Positions 42,266 to 51,884 of a stretch of 64,000 nt of DNA are shown here, in pieces (the first letter of the stretch is position 1; each line of letters begins with the position of its first letter). The stretch is from contig JAQVEZ010000003.1 in NCBI GenBank assembly GCA_028697455.1, forward strand, positions 42,972 to 106,971, written 5' to 3'. The position numbers and the translations under genes were made by a program. This DNA comes from Minisyncoccota bacterium (GTDB lineage Bacteria; Patescibacteriota; Minisyncoccia; Phycocordibacterales; UBA1006). Below the pieces are notes generated by a model that searched no databases, was not told the DNA's origin, and worked only from the letters and a program-made list of their open reading frames with translations.

Positions 42266-42826
42266 TCATTCCTGTTTTTCTTCTTTGAGTTTTTTTTCTT
42301 TTTTCCCACTATCGGCTTTGTCACCTGAGCGTTCGGGCATTGTTCGATAGAAGGACTGGCGTTCCATTTGCTCTGAACGGTCGATCAAATAGCTCCAGCC
42401 ACGGCTGAGCCCCATGAGTTCTGCTCGGGTTTTGCCAGTTTCGTAGCTGACTGAATCCGGGTAGACGATATAGGAGAATAGTAAGTTATCAACGCCCCCA
42501 TATTTACAAAGAACATTAATTTGAGTTATTTCTCCATCTTTGCGGGGGTTTCCTTTGATACTGTCTCTTCTTAGGGTTTGGAACTGATATTTTGATCCAG
42601 TTCGACTGTGAGTAAAGACATACTCATGATCCGAAGGAACCCCTCGTTCCACCGACACCTGCCCTTGGCTCTCGATATACGCTGCAACGCGCTCGTAGTC
42701 ATCAGGAGTTACCACCAACTCAGGTTCTGCTGGCAAATCACCAGGATCGATCCAGGTAATTTGTTTCTTTTTTTCACAAGAAAAAAAGAACAACAAAGAA
42801 AACAGAAACAAACAAATATTTTTCAT
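42266..42826 (-). CDS. Putative lipoprotein, orphan
   Basis: MKNICLFLFSLLFFFS/CEKKK lipobox-like N-terminus. Confidence 0.55.
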   Translation of the reverse strand: MKNICLFLFSLLFFFSCEKKKQITWIDPGDLPAEPELVVTPDDYERVAAYIESQGQVSVERGVPSDHEYVFTHSRTGSKYQFQTLRRDSIKGNPRKDGEITQINVLCKYGGVDNLLFSYIVYPDSVSYETGKTRAELMGLSRGWSYLIDRSEQMERQSFYRTMPERSGDKADSGKKEKKLKEEKQE

Positions 42827-42910
42827 TTTAAATGCAATTTTGAGATTAATTATAAGCCTATTATCAAAAATGTCAAAAAATAAAAACCCTTTCGGGTTTA
42901 TATTTCCTTC

Positions 42911-43219
42911 TTATGAAAGAAGCTCTTTTTTCTTTGTTTCAAACTCTTCTTCAGTGATAACCCCCCTCTCTTTTAGTTCAAAGAATTTTTCAAGCTCTGC
43001 AGCGTTGTTGCTTGGAGCTAGGATTTTCTCCCCGTCAAAAAGAGACCACAAGAAAACAAGAACCCAACCAACAGCCGTCCATCCCACAAGAGCATTTGCA
43101 AGGAAAATTACTTCTTTGTTCTTTCTTTTCTTATGAAAAGCAATCATTGTCGGTATAAAGTACACGAACGCAACCACGATAACAAAAAGTATTACAATCA
43201 AAAACGAAAATAGCATCAT
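42911..43219 (-). CDS. Superinfection immunity (Imm-like) membrane protein with SHOCT domain
   Basis: YFIPTMIA...IFLANALVGWTAVGWVLV; ELKERGVITEEEFETKKKELL. Confidence 0.85.
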   Translation of the reverse strand: MMLFSFLIVILFVIVVAFVYFIPTMIAFHKKRKNKEVIFLANALVGWTAVGWVLVFLWSLFDGEKILAPSNNAAELEKFFELKERGVITEEEFETKKKELLS

Positions 43220-43305
43220 AATTTCTATAAATAAAATATCTTTTAATGAATAATGATTTTATTATACTGCATAAACATTTTCTTTCAAAAGAGTATACTA
43301 AAGCT

Positions 43306-43665
43306 ATGAAAGCACGAACAATATCTATCAAACGAGCCTATGATACTATTTCTTCTCAGGATGGCTCTCGTATTCTCATTGACCGTTTATGGCCACGAGG
43401 AGTAAGCAAAGAAGGGCTCAAACTCACCGATTGGGAGAAAGAACTCTCTCCTTCTACAGAGTTACGAACCTGGTTTAATCACGATCCTCTCAAGTGGACC
43501 GAATTCAAAAAACGTTACAAACAGGAACTCAAGGATAAACACGATATCTTTCTCAAACTCCTCACTGATCATCCCAAACTTACCCTCATTTATGCCGCCA
43601 AAGATACCGAACATAACAACGCTGTTGTCCTCAAAGAAATCCTCGAATCACTCACAAACAAATAA
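43306..43665 (+). CDS. DUF488 (YeaO-like) family protein
   Basis: [35 protein letters not shown]. Confidence 0.88.
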   Translation: MKARTISIKRAYDTISSQDGSRILIDRLWPRGVSKEGLKLTDWEKELSPSTELRTWFNHDPLKWTEFKKRYKQELKDKHDIFLKLLTDHPKLTLIYAAKDTEHNNAVVLKEILESLTNK

Positions 43666-43696
43666 CAAAAAACTACCTCAAGCAAGGTAGTTTTTT

Positions 43697-44380
43697 CTAA
43701 AAATTATGTTCGTCGTACCCAGGAAACCAATCTCGTTTTACATGAACACCTCGACTCTCAAGATCATTTCCAACAGCCTCAACCATTCCTTCAGGTCCTG
43801 AAAGGAAGAAAGTTTTACCTTCCCCATCAGGAGCAAGTTCAAAAATTCTCTCGGCACTAATCTGCTCTCCAACAATTTCTTTGAGAACAAATTCAGGATG
43901 ACGCTCTTGAATTGCTTTGAATTCATTATGAAAAGGAATTTCGTTCGTTCGATTAAAATAAATTAGCGTTGCGGGAATTGAAAGCCCCGCAAGGTCTCGC
44001 TCAACAATCATACTGCGAAAAGGAGTAATCCCAATTCCTCCAGCAATAAAGACAGCTTCTTTATCAGATTCTTCCCAGAGAAAATCTCCACCAAGTTCAT
44101 AGCTCTCAATCGTGTCTCCCACCTTAAGATGGTCAAGTGCCTGTTTAAAAGCACTCTCAGAAACACGTGTTGAAATATGAATAAAGCGCTCTCGAGGAGC
44201 TGAAGCTATCGTAAACCAACGTTCTCGTTCCTCAGGAACATCACTGATAGGAAGAGAGTAACCTTGGTATTGTCCAGGCTTCCACTCAAGCCCATCATGC
44301 TCAAAAATAAATGTTTTTACGTTTCCTTCTTCTTGCCGTACCTCATGGAGGCGAAGGATATTTTTTTCTTTAGATTCCAT
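43697..44380 (-). CDS. FAD/NAD(P)-binding oxidoreductase (FNR family)
   Basis: RWFTIAS, FIAGGIGITPFRSM, SGPEGMV. Confidence 0.88.
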   Translation of the reverse strand: MESKEKNILRLHEVRQEEGNVKTFIFEHDGLEWKPGQYQGYSLPISDVPEERERWFTIASAPRERFIHISTRVSESAFKQALDHLKVGDTIESYELGGDFLWEESDKEAVFIAGGIGITPFRSMIVERDLAGLSIPATLIYFNRTNEIPFHNEFKAIQERHPEFVLKEIVGEQISAERIFELAPDGEGKTFFLSGPEGMVEAVGNDLESRGVHVKRDWFPGYDEHNF

Positions 44381-44477
44381 ATTCTTACTATACTCCTAAA
44401 AAATTTTTTGTTGAGGAATTAAAAAACCGCAGAAACTTGCTTTCCGCGGTTTATTTTTTTCTTCGATTGTAAAATTA

Positions 44478-44840
44478 TCATTGAAAATTCAGGGAAACGT
44501 GATCCTCCCAGAACTTCCGGTACATCTGGTGTACCTTGATAATTCTTTTTCCCGAACCGATAGCTTCTCTCCATCCATTATCGCTTTCAACGAGGGTACA
44601 GTGGACAAAATTATTATCCAACTGCTCAACAAGGTACACGACCTCGAGAGCCTCATCATCCCCCTGTTTTTTTTCAGGAAAGAAAATCAGGTTTTCCAGC
44701 CCGCGGTCACGAGCAACCGGTGAATTAAACCAATCCTCTCCAGACAAATGAGTCAACCCTGACTCAAAGATGGTATGAACCTTTTGGAGTCGGAATCCAA
44801 AGTTCTCTCTGTACTCTTGTACCGTAATAATTTTTTTCAT
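44478..44840 (-). CDS. Hypothetical protein (orphan)
   Basis: 120-aa ORF with own promoter, leader hairpin and terminator. Confidence 0.6.
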   Translation of the reverse strand: MKKIITVQEYRENFGFRLQKVHTIFESGLTHLSGEDWFNSPVARDRGLENLIFFPEKKQGDDEALEVVYLVEQLDNNFVHCTLVESDNGWREAIGSGKRIIKVHQMYRKFWEDHVSLNFQ

Positions 44841-44989
44841 TTCTTAAATTTTTAATTTTTTAATATCACCCCATGTGATATTTTCATTATTAAGTATAGC
44901 AATAAATACCAATAAAGTCAACTATCTCCCTTCTGATAGCTTAAAATAAAAAGCCAGGAAATCCAGCTTTCTCACAGAACCAAAACCCT

Positions 44990-45532
44990 TTAATTTGAAG
45001 CCTCACAAGGTACTCGTGCATAACTCATGATAGAGAATTCTTTGCTCGTATCAGGGACAAGCTCATCCCCACTTTCAATCAGGGGATAACGGAGTTTTTC
45101 AAGCCCAGTAAGACTTGTTCGATAGATTTCAGCTTCTTTTCCCTCTGATCCTTCAATTATATATGAATAAATGGCATTAATATTCTCTCCCTGTACAGTT
45201 CCCGAGATATTTCCTTGGTATCCATTTGTCATATCAGGGCCACTCTGCGTTCCTGATTTTGTTCCTTTAACTTCGTTCCCAGTAATCGTAATATCCAGAA
45301 ACTCATTCACGGTATAAGGCTCTTCAGGACTTACCTCGTGAGCATACGAGAAACACTGTCTCCCATCAAGGAGAGCAAATTTCGCCTGCTCTTCTCCCCC
45401 TTCTTCTTGATTCTCTTGTATCACCTCATTGTTGGACAGATTCTGTTCTTTTATCTCAGAATTTCTCACAACAACAAAAGCAATCATAAAAACAAAAATC
45501 AAAAACACAAACACATAAAAAGCTTTTTTCAT
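44990..45532 (-). CDS. Membrane-anchored/exported hypothetical protein
   Basis: N-terminal hydrophobic helix, two Cys; promoter block shared with 12436-12490. Confidence 0.7.
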   Translation of the reverse strand: MKKAFYVFVFLIFVFMIAFVVVRNSEIKEQNLSNNEVIQENQEEGGEEQAKFALLDGRQCFSYAHEVSPEEPYTVNEFLDITITGNEVKGTKSGTQSGPDMTNGYQGNISGTVQGENINAIYSYIIEGSEGKEAEIYRTSLTGLEKLRYPLIESGDELVPDTSKEFSIMSYARVPCEASN

Positions 45533-45600
45533 ACCCTTTTAGTATAGCAACCTTAGCTTTAAATTAAAAACCAAAAAACACCTCCCAGTGTCTTTCCTAG

Positions 45601-46578
45601 TTATTCACCACAGCTGTTGTCAAGAGCAGCTCTGGTAAAGAGTTCAACATTCCTTTGTATAAAGTTCTTGATCCCTTCTATACTGCAATCATATTCATCG
45701 ATAGAATATGGCACGGAATCTCTATAAGCAATTTTATGAACGGCTTCTGCTACACCGATTACATACGCGAGTTCTACGCGAACTTCTTGTGCTTTATATT
45801 TTTGTAATAACTGCTGTGCAATATATTGTGCATATTGCGCTCCGCTACGATCAACTTTGGTCCAATCTTTTCCCGAAAAGGCACCGCCGCCAACAGGAAC
45901 TCGTGGTCCATACTGATCAAGGACAATCTTTCTCCCTGTTAATCCTGTATCTGCTTCAAAGCCACCAATGTGCCATTCGCCAGCAGGATTGATAAAGAGT
46001 TTGGTATCACCAGAAAACACTTTCTTGCCCTGACACCAATCAATAACATCAGCCTCGAGCTCTTGTGTCGTCGTTCCTTGAAAACTCGCGACAATGTGCG
46101 TAATCTCGTGTTTATCGTTAATAGTAATTTGAGTTTTCCCATCAGCGGGATGTCTTTCGTATAGATAGTTACATAAGGACTTTGCAAGATATAATTCTTG
46201 AGGAATCATTTCTTCGTTGTGGTTACAGGCATAGCCAATGACAACCCCTTGGTCTCCTGCACCTCCCTGATCAACTCCAAAAGCTATTTCAGGAGACTGT
46301 TGAGCAATGTGAACAGTTACCTTAAAAGTATTAACACCCGTAACATCAGCGACAATCTGTTCATATTCTGATTGAGTAATGTTCCCCGTGCTTGTAACTT
46401 CACCAACAATAAAAACTCTTCCGTGACCGCCGAGCGTTTCAACAGCAACGCGACTGTGTGGGTCTTGGGAGAGAAAGAGCTCTAATATTGCATCTGATAT
46501 GCGGTCGCACATTTTATCAGGATGTTTTGGTGATACGTATTCTGCCGTGAAAGAAGCTTTGATTATATTGTTATTCAT
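45601..46578 (-). CDS. metK: S-adenosylmethionine synthetase, short form
   Basis: HPDKMCDRISD, GAGDQG, DTGLTGRKI, GGGAFSGKD...KVDRSG. Confidence 0.93.
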   Translation of the reverse strand: MNNNIIKASFTAEYVSPKHPDKMCDRISDAILELFLSQDPHSRVAVETLGGHGRVFIVGEVTSTGNITQSEYEQIVADVTGVNTFKVTVHIAQQSPEIAFGVDQGGAGDQGVVIGYACNHNEEMIPQELYLAKSLCNYLYERHPADGKTQITINDKHEITHIVASFQGTTTQELEADVIDWCQGKKVFSGDTKLFINPAGEWHIGGFEADTGLTGRKIVLDQYGPRVPVGGGAFSGKDWTKVDRSGAQYAQYIAQQLLQKYKAQEVRVELAYVIGVAEAVHKIAYRDSVPYSIDEYDCSIEGIKNFIQRNVELFTRAALDNSCGE

Positions 46579-46579
46579 A

Positions 46580-46906
46580 TTATGCGTGGAGCTTGGTGCT
46601 GAGTTCTTTTTTCACTTGTTCTTTTGTTTTCCCTTGTGTTGAAACCAAAACACCACGACCGTGTTCTCGCTTCCACTCGTCCCAAAGGAAAGTAACCGTT
46701 ACCTCTGGCAATCGGTATCGTATAGATTGTAAAATATTACGTTCTATTTGTTCACGATTAATATCTGTTCGCTTTGAACTTATTTGAACGTCTAAATGAT
46801 TATCGTGAACATCAGTAACACGCCATTGAATATTTGTGATCATACCGCATTGTTTTCTGCTGAAAAAAAGCGTTTTGTTGTTAAGGATATCTTTGTTTAA
46901 TTCCAT
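46580..46906 (-). CDS. Hypothetical protein cotranscribed with metK
   Basis: 108-aa ORF whose stop is 1 nt from the metK ATG, directly below the riboswitch. Confidence 0.65.
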   Translation of the reverse strand: MELNKDILNNKTLFFSRKQCGMITNIQWRVTDVHDNHLDVQISSKRTDINREQIERNILQSIRYRLPEVTVTFLWDEWKREHGRGVLVSTQGKTKEQVKKELSTKLHA

Positions 46907-46934
46907 AAAATAAAAGTATACTAACTGAATAATA

Positions 46935-47055
46935 TACTTTCATCGATTACTCTGAGTTATAGGGTCATCAGCTGTAAATGGAGCACCTTGCGATTTCTTG
47001 TAGGTTGCTGGTAGGTCATAGAGTTACATCTCTCGCTACACTCTCGATGAAAGTA
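46935..47055 (-). ncRNA. SAM-I (S-box) riboswitch
   Basis: Minus strand: tactttcATCgAGAG...GAGAGA-tgtaa-CTCT-ATGA...cAGCAACC...AGGTGCT...ttaca...GATgaaagta; P1 pairing, kink-turn, P3, tgtaa/ttaca pseudoknot; upstream of metK. Confidence 0.85.
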
Positions 47056-47156
47056 CCCTGAGTATAGCACAAAGAAAAAACCTTTGGTATGAGGTTTTTT
47101 GATGATGAGCATCATATAAAATTGCTTTGAGCTCTCGATACCGATATAATAAAAAT

Positions 47157-47483
47157 ATGGAAAACATGTTTAACCCAGATAAATTTAAGAAAGAAACAGC
47201 GGCACCACAACAAGAAGATCTTTATCCAGAAACCATTGCTCTCGAAGATGGAGATGAGATTGTCAGAGTAAGTGTTGGTGATTTATTTCGATGGGATGGC
47301 CCTGTTGAGGAATATCCTCTTTTTAAATTATCAACGATCTACAAAGACCCTGACAATGATTTTTCAACTCATTTTTCCTTTCAGACACAAAAGCCTGACG
47401 GAACATGGGAAGAAGAAAACCAATCACACATGATTAACGAAGAACAATTCAAAAAACTATACCTCAAACACAAAATAGGATAA
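47157..47483 (+). CDS. Hypothetical protein
   Basis: Acidic ORF after TATAAT, followed by terminator. Confidence 0.6.
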   Translation: MENMFNPDKFKKETAAPQQEDLYPETIALEDGDEIVRVSVGDLFRWDGPVEEYPLFKLSTIYKDPDNDFSTHFSFQTQKPDGTWEEENQSHMINEEQFKKLYLKHKIG

Positions 47484-47489
47484 CAGCCT

Positions 47490-47519
47490 AAAACACCCAA
47501 TACTTCGTATTGGGTGTTT
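47490..47519. terminator. Bidirectional terminator at left border of element (likely original tRNA-Asn terminator)
   Basis: aaacacccaatac-ttc-gtattgggtgttt. Confidence 0.75.
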
Positions 47520-47530
47520 AAGATCATATG

Positions 47531-47632
47531 CTCCCCTTGTTGGACGCATTCAGAACCCTTAATTGGAATAAGATAGAACAAGAATTAGAATTTAGCGGTA
47601 TTCTAAGTTTCTTTGAAATTAGTTATACTTAA
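47531..47632 (+). other. Detached 3' end of the serine integrase gene at the left att site
   Basis: In frame from the core: LP-LLDAFRTLNWNKIEQELEFSGILSFFEISYT*; fuses to ...KPTWLP on circularisation. Confidence 0.7.
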
Positions 47633-47674
47633 ATAGCAGGCTCGCAGGGAGCCACCCCTGAAGGTGGCTGAAAA

Positions 47675-47788
47675 TTAATTAGGCGTTGATTTTCGATGTT
47701 CTTTGACGAGTACCTTCTTGCCGTTTTTCAGCGTACGGTAATGTTTACGAACTTCAACAATCTTTTTGCCTTTCTCTGTTTTCGCCAT
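47675..47788 (-). CDS. 37-aa basic microprotein
   Basis: Hand-translated MAKTEKGKKIVEVRKHYRTLKNGKKVLVKEHRKSTPN; duplicated VxxHxR motif; TTTACA-17-TAAAAT promoter upstream. Confidence 0.6.
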   Translation of the reverse strand: MAKTEKGKKIVEVRKHYRTLKNGKKVLVKEHRKSTPN

Positions 47789-47957
47789 AGAAAGCTTTAA
47801 GATTAAAGTTTTTAATAAATACTGTCATCGACCTTTGACAGCTAGTTGTCATCTGTCGCAGATTGAAACAATACTTACCTTCCGAAGTGGCTCTCTATGA
47901 GCCTTTTCTTATTTTATACTTATTGAAAATACTTGTAAACTATTGTAAAGTGTAAGA

Positions 47958-49502
47958 ATGAGCGGTTTACATTTTGATATTGAAAACAATTCAAAAAATT
48001 ACCTAGATGAAAAGGAGCTTTTTATGCTTTTCTATTTATTAAAGAATAAGCGTATATCTACATATAGCGGTGTGTTTGTACCTAACCCTAAGCAAGTACT
48101 TATCAAGCCAGATACTACCCCTGAGGATTTATGGGAAAGAATGAATTACAGAGGGCAATCTGTAGTTGTTTTAAATCACTTGTTAAATCTGGGAAAAAAT
48201 TTAGATGAGAAAGGTTTTTCAATATATTGCAACGCTGACTATTCTCTAGTAGAAGGTGGATTTTTAACTGATGATTTTCATAAAGAAATGTACGATTATT
48301 TGAATCTTTCTGAATCTGAACGCAGAAAAGATACTATACTGAATAAAGAACAGAAAGACTTTCTTGAAGAGGTAATTGCAGGAAAACTAGACTTAAAAGA
48401 TATTAATACAAGTGTGCAGTTTACTAAGTTAGCAAACCCTCCCGTTGAATGTTATAGAGAATGTATTTTAAATAAAAAAGCTGATGAAAGATTTATTGAG
48501 TTAATAAATAAGCTTGTTACTAATTATGACGGCGGATTATGGAAAACAGAAGATATAGAAGAATTTTTAAATATCTGGTATCAATCAAATAAAAAACTGG
48601 TAGTAGACAGCGAGCAAGGAATTTTTTATGAAGATAATCAAAAAAAGCTATCTCGTTTAATTTTTGAAAATGTTGAGATTCAATTGGTTTTAAAAGATAC
48701 TCAAAAACTAGAAGAATATTTAAATGACTATCTCAATCTCTATAAAAATGACAAATTAAAAGGATTAAGCAGAACAGGGCTTACTAGAAGTTTCTTTTCT
48801 TCGGGTTATGCGGAAGATATAAATAAAAGCTTTTATGGATACAAAAGACAAAGAGATATTTTAATAAAGCATATTGAAGCTGTTTATAACGAATACCAAA
48901 GAAAAGACTTAGAAATTACAAATCCATACATAGAACCTGAGTATATTGGCGATGAAAAAATCGGTACGGTAAAAATAAAACCAGTTGAAGAAAACAAAGA
49001 AAGAGATTCTTTTCTCTTCGTACATACAATGATAACTCTTGAAAAAGAAATGTATTTAAATATTAATGATTATTCATATGGTACTAAGGAGATGTTTGAT
49101 TTATACGACAGAGGTTTTTTGTTTGAAGTTACTTTAAATTCAATGCCTATTGAAGAAGAAAATAGTAAAGAACCTACAGTACAAAATGATACGGTTTATT
49201 TTGATACTGAGGTTTCAAAGATTTTATGTAATGGGAATGAAATAAAAATAACAAAAGGTAAAGATATTTATTATGCAATTAAGTATCTATTTGAAAGAAA
49301 GGATACTTATGAAGAATGTTTTTATGATGAAATTAGAGATGATTCTGAGTTAAATGACGGCAAAAAAAGGACTGACAAAAATATTTATGATGCCTTAATG
49401 CAATTCAACAAAAGACTTATAAATAAAGGAATTGATGACCTTTTTGTGATTAATTTTCGCTCAATAAAGATAAGAAATAAATACAAGATAGTTACACTAT
49501 AA
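47958..49502 (+). CDS. Element-encoded hypothetical protein, possible C-terminal winged helix
   Basis: 514-aa ORF; C-term ECFYDEI...IYDALMQFNKRL. Confidence 0.7.
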   Translation: MSGLHFDIENNSKNYLDEKELFMLFYLLKNKRISTYSGVFVPNPKQVLIKPDTTPEDLWERMNYRGQSVVVLNHLLNLGKNLDEKGFSIYCNADYSLVEGGFLTDDFHKEMYDYLNLSESERRKDTILNKEQKDFLEEVIAGKLDLKDINTSVQFTKLANPPVECYRECILNKKADERFIELINKLVTNYDGGLWKTEDIEEFLNIWYQSNKKLVVDSEQGIFYEDNQKKLSRLIFENVEIQLVLKDTQKLEEYLNDYLNLYKNDKLKGLSRTGLTRSFFSSGYAEDINKSFYGYKRQRDILIKHIEAVYNEYQRKDLEITNPYIEPEYIGDEKIGTVKIKPVEENKERDSFLFVHTMITLEKEMYLNINDYSYGTKEMFDLYDRGFLFEVTLNSMPIEEENSKEPTVQNDTVYFDTEVSKILCNGNEIKITKGKDIYYAIKYLFERKDTYEECFYDEIRDDSELNDGKKRTDKNIYDALMQFNKRLINKGIDDLFVINFRSIKIRNKYKIVTL

Positions 49503-49567
49503 AACACTATAAGTAAAACAAAATAAAGCATTTTATATCCTGAAGTTAATCCTTCGGGATTTTATTT

Positions 49568-49729
49568 ATGCAGGAAAATATCAAACAAGAAAATAATCTA
49601 GAAAACCTTGATTTTGAATCAAAGCAAAATCTTGTTGGTTTTTTTGATTTGCTCTTGAAAATTGATATGCGAATCAATCCTGATTTATACAAAGAAGATT
49701 ATCAACCTAAAAAAGAACAAGAAATATGA
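49568..49729 (+). CDS. 53-aa small protein coupled to the rep-like gene
   Basis: Hand-translated MQENIKQ...NLVGFFDLLLKIDMRINPDLYK...; ATGA overlap with 49726. Confidence 0.7.
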   Translation: MQENIKQENNLENLDFESKQNLVGFFDLLLKIDMRINPDLYKEDYQPKKEQEI

Positions 49730-50829
49730 TAGATACAATTATTATCAACATTACTAGAAGCAAGGTAAGAATGCTTTCAGGAGAACGCTGGGATTTAATT
49801 GCGAAAAAGGACTTTTATTCCAAGTTTGCAAGGAACCCCACCAAAAGACAAAAAGAAAGTGATAGATACTACCCTCGTTTGACAGGAGTACAAAGAGCAG
49901 GAAGTGAATCAATCGTAAAGATAGAGTTTTCAATTCCCAAGCTTCTATACTTAAACAATCTTGATGAGCTAGAAGAGAAAGATTTTAAAGAAGTAATTAA
50001 AACACTTCACGAAAGACTGAAAGATATGAGCGTCTTAATATTTGAAAAAGACCTTATCAACGCAGATGTATCTGCAGTTCATTATTCAAAAAACATAGTG
50101 CTAACAAGTGGATATACAGCAAAACATATTATTTCAGAATTGCAGAAAATAAATCTTAATAAACTGAATGATTTAACAAAGACAAGGTTTATGAATAGTG
50201 GAGAAAGTTTACAAGGATATTCAATTTCTAACTCATTTGTCTTTTATGACAAAATATCTGACTTACAAAAAGATGAAAAACGAGCGATAGACAGAGAACA
50301 GAATCCGTATCAAAGGAGTTTATTTAGCTCTTTAAAAGATGAAGAAATACTACGCTTTGAAGTAAGACTTTCACAAAAGAGAAAGTTGAATACTCTATTC
50401 AAGCAATATGGATTCAAAACGAACCCTACATTTCAAGAAGCTTTTTCACTAGATAAAGCTTTAAAAGTGATGACTGAGTATTGGAATGAAAAAATAGATA
50501 AAAACAAATATGTTTTATTTACTTATTCTGAAAACACAGAATCATTACTAAAAAAGATTAGTATTGCACGACCAAAATCACGACCGCAAACATTACTATC
50601 ACTTCTAGGATTAGTATCTTTTGCAAAAGATAATAAAGGCGGATTAAGAGAATTAAGGACAATACTTACTGCACGAATTACTGATAGAGCTTGGTATTCA
50701 ATAGTTAAAAATTTGAAGACTATTTCAAAAGATTTGGAATCATTAAGCGAGCTAGATTGGTATCAGGAAGTTTCAAAACAGATTAAAAATTATAAGCCAT
50801 ACAAGACAAAAAAGTTATCAAAAGCATAG
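49726..50829 (+). CDS. Putative replication initiation protein (Rep_trans/phage CRI-like)
   Basis: MIDTI, IEFSIPKL..NN, FYDK, LRFEVRL motif order. Confidence 0.65.
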   Translation: MIDTIIINITRSKVRMLSGERWDLIAKKDFYSKFARNPTKRQKESDRYYPRLTGVQRAGSESIVKIEFSIPKLLYLNNLDELEEKDFKEVIKTLHERLKDMSVLIFEKDLINADVSAVHYSKNIVLTSGYTAKHIISELQKINLNKLNDLTKTRFMNSGESLQGYSISNSFVFYDKISDLQKDEKRAIDREQNPYQRSLFSSLKDEEILRFEVRLSQKRKLNTLFKQYGFKTNPTFQEAFSLDKALKVMTEYWNEKIDKNKYVLFTYSENTESLLKKISIARPKSRPQTLLSLLGLVSFAKDNKGGLRELRTILTARITDRAWYSIVKNLKTISKDLESLSELDWYQEVSKQIKNYKPYKTKKLSKA

Positions 50830-50870
50830 ATTTGCAATGTAAACTATTGTCAAGTATAATATAAACAATT

Positions 50871-51692
50871 ATGACTAAAGAAATTAAAAATAAACAAGAC
50901 ATTACCCTCTTTGAACAACAAGAAGTCAGAAAAGTATGGCACAAAGAAAAGTGGCATTTTGCAATTATTGATGTTGTAAAAATTCTTACTGATTCTGTAC
51001 AACCTGAAGGGTATATCAAGGATATGAGAAGGCGTGATAAGGAGCTTTCTGAAGGGTGGGGGCAAATTGCCACCCTCCTTTCCATAGATACAAAAGGAGG
51101 TAAACAAAAGATGAATTGTGCTGACTTGGAAGGTATTTTCCGTATTATTCAATCAATTCCCTCTCCAAAAGCAGAACCATTTAAACGCTGGCTCGCAAAA
51201 GTTGGTAAAGAGCGAATTGATGAAATAGCGAATCCTGAATTGGCAGTGAACAGAGCAAAAGAAATTTACGAAAAGAAAGGATATGAAAAAGACTGGATTG
51301 ATAAACGAATGCGAGGTATTGCTGTTAGAAATACTTTAACAGACGAATGGAAAGAAAGAGATATAAAAGGTATTGAATACGGAATCCTGACAAACGAAAT
51401 TTACAAAGGTACTTTTGAACAAGACCATAAATCTTTAATGAAGATAAAAGGTTTGGATAAAAAGAAAGGAGACAATTTACGAGACCATATGGGAGATGTT
51501 GAGCTTATTTTAACAATGCTCGCTGAAGCGACTTCAACAGAAATTACAAAGAGCAAAGACTCAAAAGGAATGAATGAGATAAAGCAGGATGTAAAGAAAG
51601 GAGGACAAATTGCTGGTAATACACGAAAGAAGATTGAAGCTGAGACTGGTAAAAAAGTTATTACTAAAAGTAACCGCAAAGAATTGAAATAA
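50871..51692 (+). CDS. Bro-N domain / antirepressor-like protein
   Basis: VRKVW, FAIIDVV, RIIQSIPSPKAEPFKRWLA, NLRDHM. Confidence 0.85.
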   Translation: MTKEIKNKQDITLFEQQEVRKVWHKEKWHFAIIDVVKILTDSVQPEGYIKDMRRRDKELSEGWGQIATLLSIDTKGGKQKMNCADLEGIFRIIQSIPSPKAEPFKRWLAKVGKERIDEIANPELAVNRAKEIYEKKGYEKDWIDKRMRGIAVRNTLTDEWKERDIKGIEYGILTNEIYKGTFEQDHKSLMKIKGLDKKKGDNLRDHMGDVELILTMLAEATSTEITKSKDSKGMNEIKQDVKKGGQIAGNTRKKIEAETGKKVITKSNRKELK

Positions 51693-51693
51693 T

Positions 51694-51879
51694 ATGAGCA
51701 ACAAACAAGAGAAAGAATTTTACAAATCGGAAGATTTAGCTGAAAAGCTAGATGTAAACATAATGACGATTTATCGTTATATCAAAGCTGGCAGATTGAA
51801 AGCACATAAGATTGGTAAGGAATTTAGAATTGAACAAAAAGAATTTTTGAATTTTCTTAAAAATACAAAAACCAAATAA
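51694..51879 (+). CDS. Excisionase-like HTH DNA-binding protein
   Basis: LAEKLDVNIMTIYRYIKAGRLKAHKIGKEFRI. Confidence 0.85.
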   Translation: MSNKQEKEFYKSEDLAEKLDVNIMTIYRYIKAGRLKAHKIGKEFRIEQKEFLNFLKNTKTK

Positions 51880-51884
51880 TCAAT

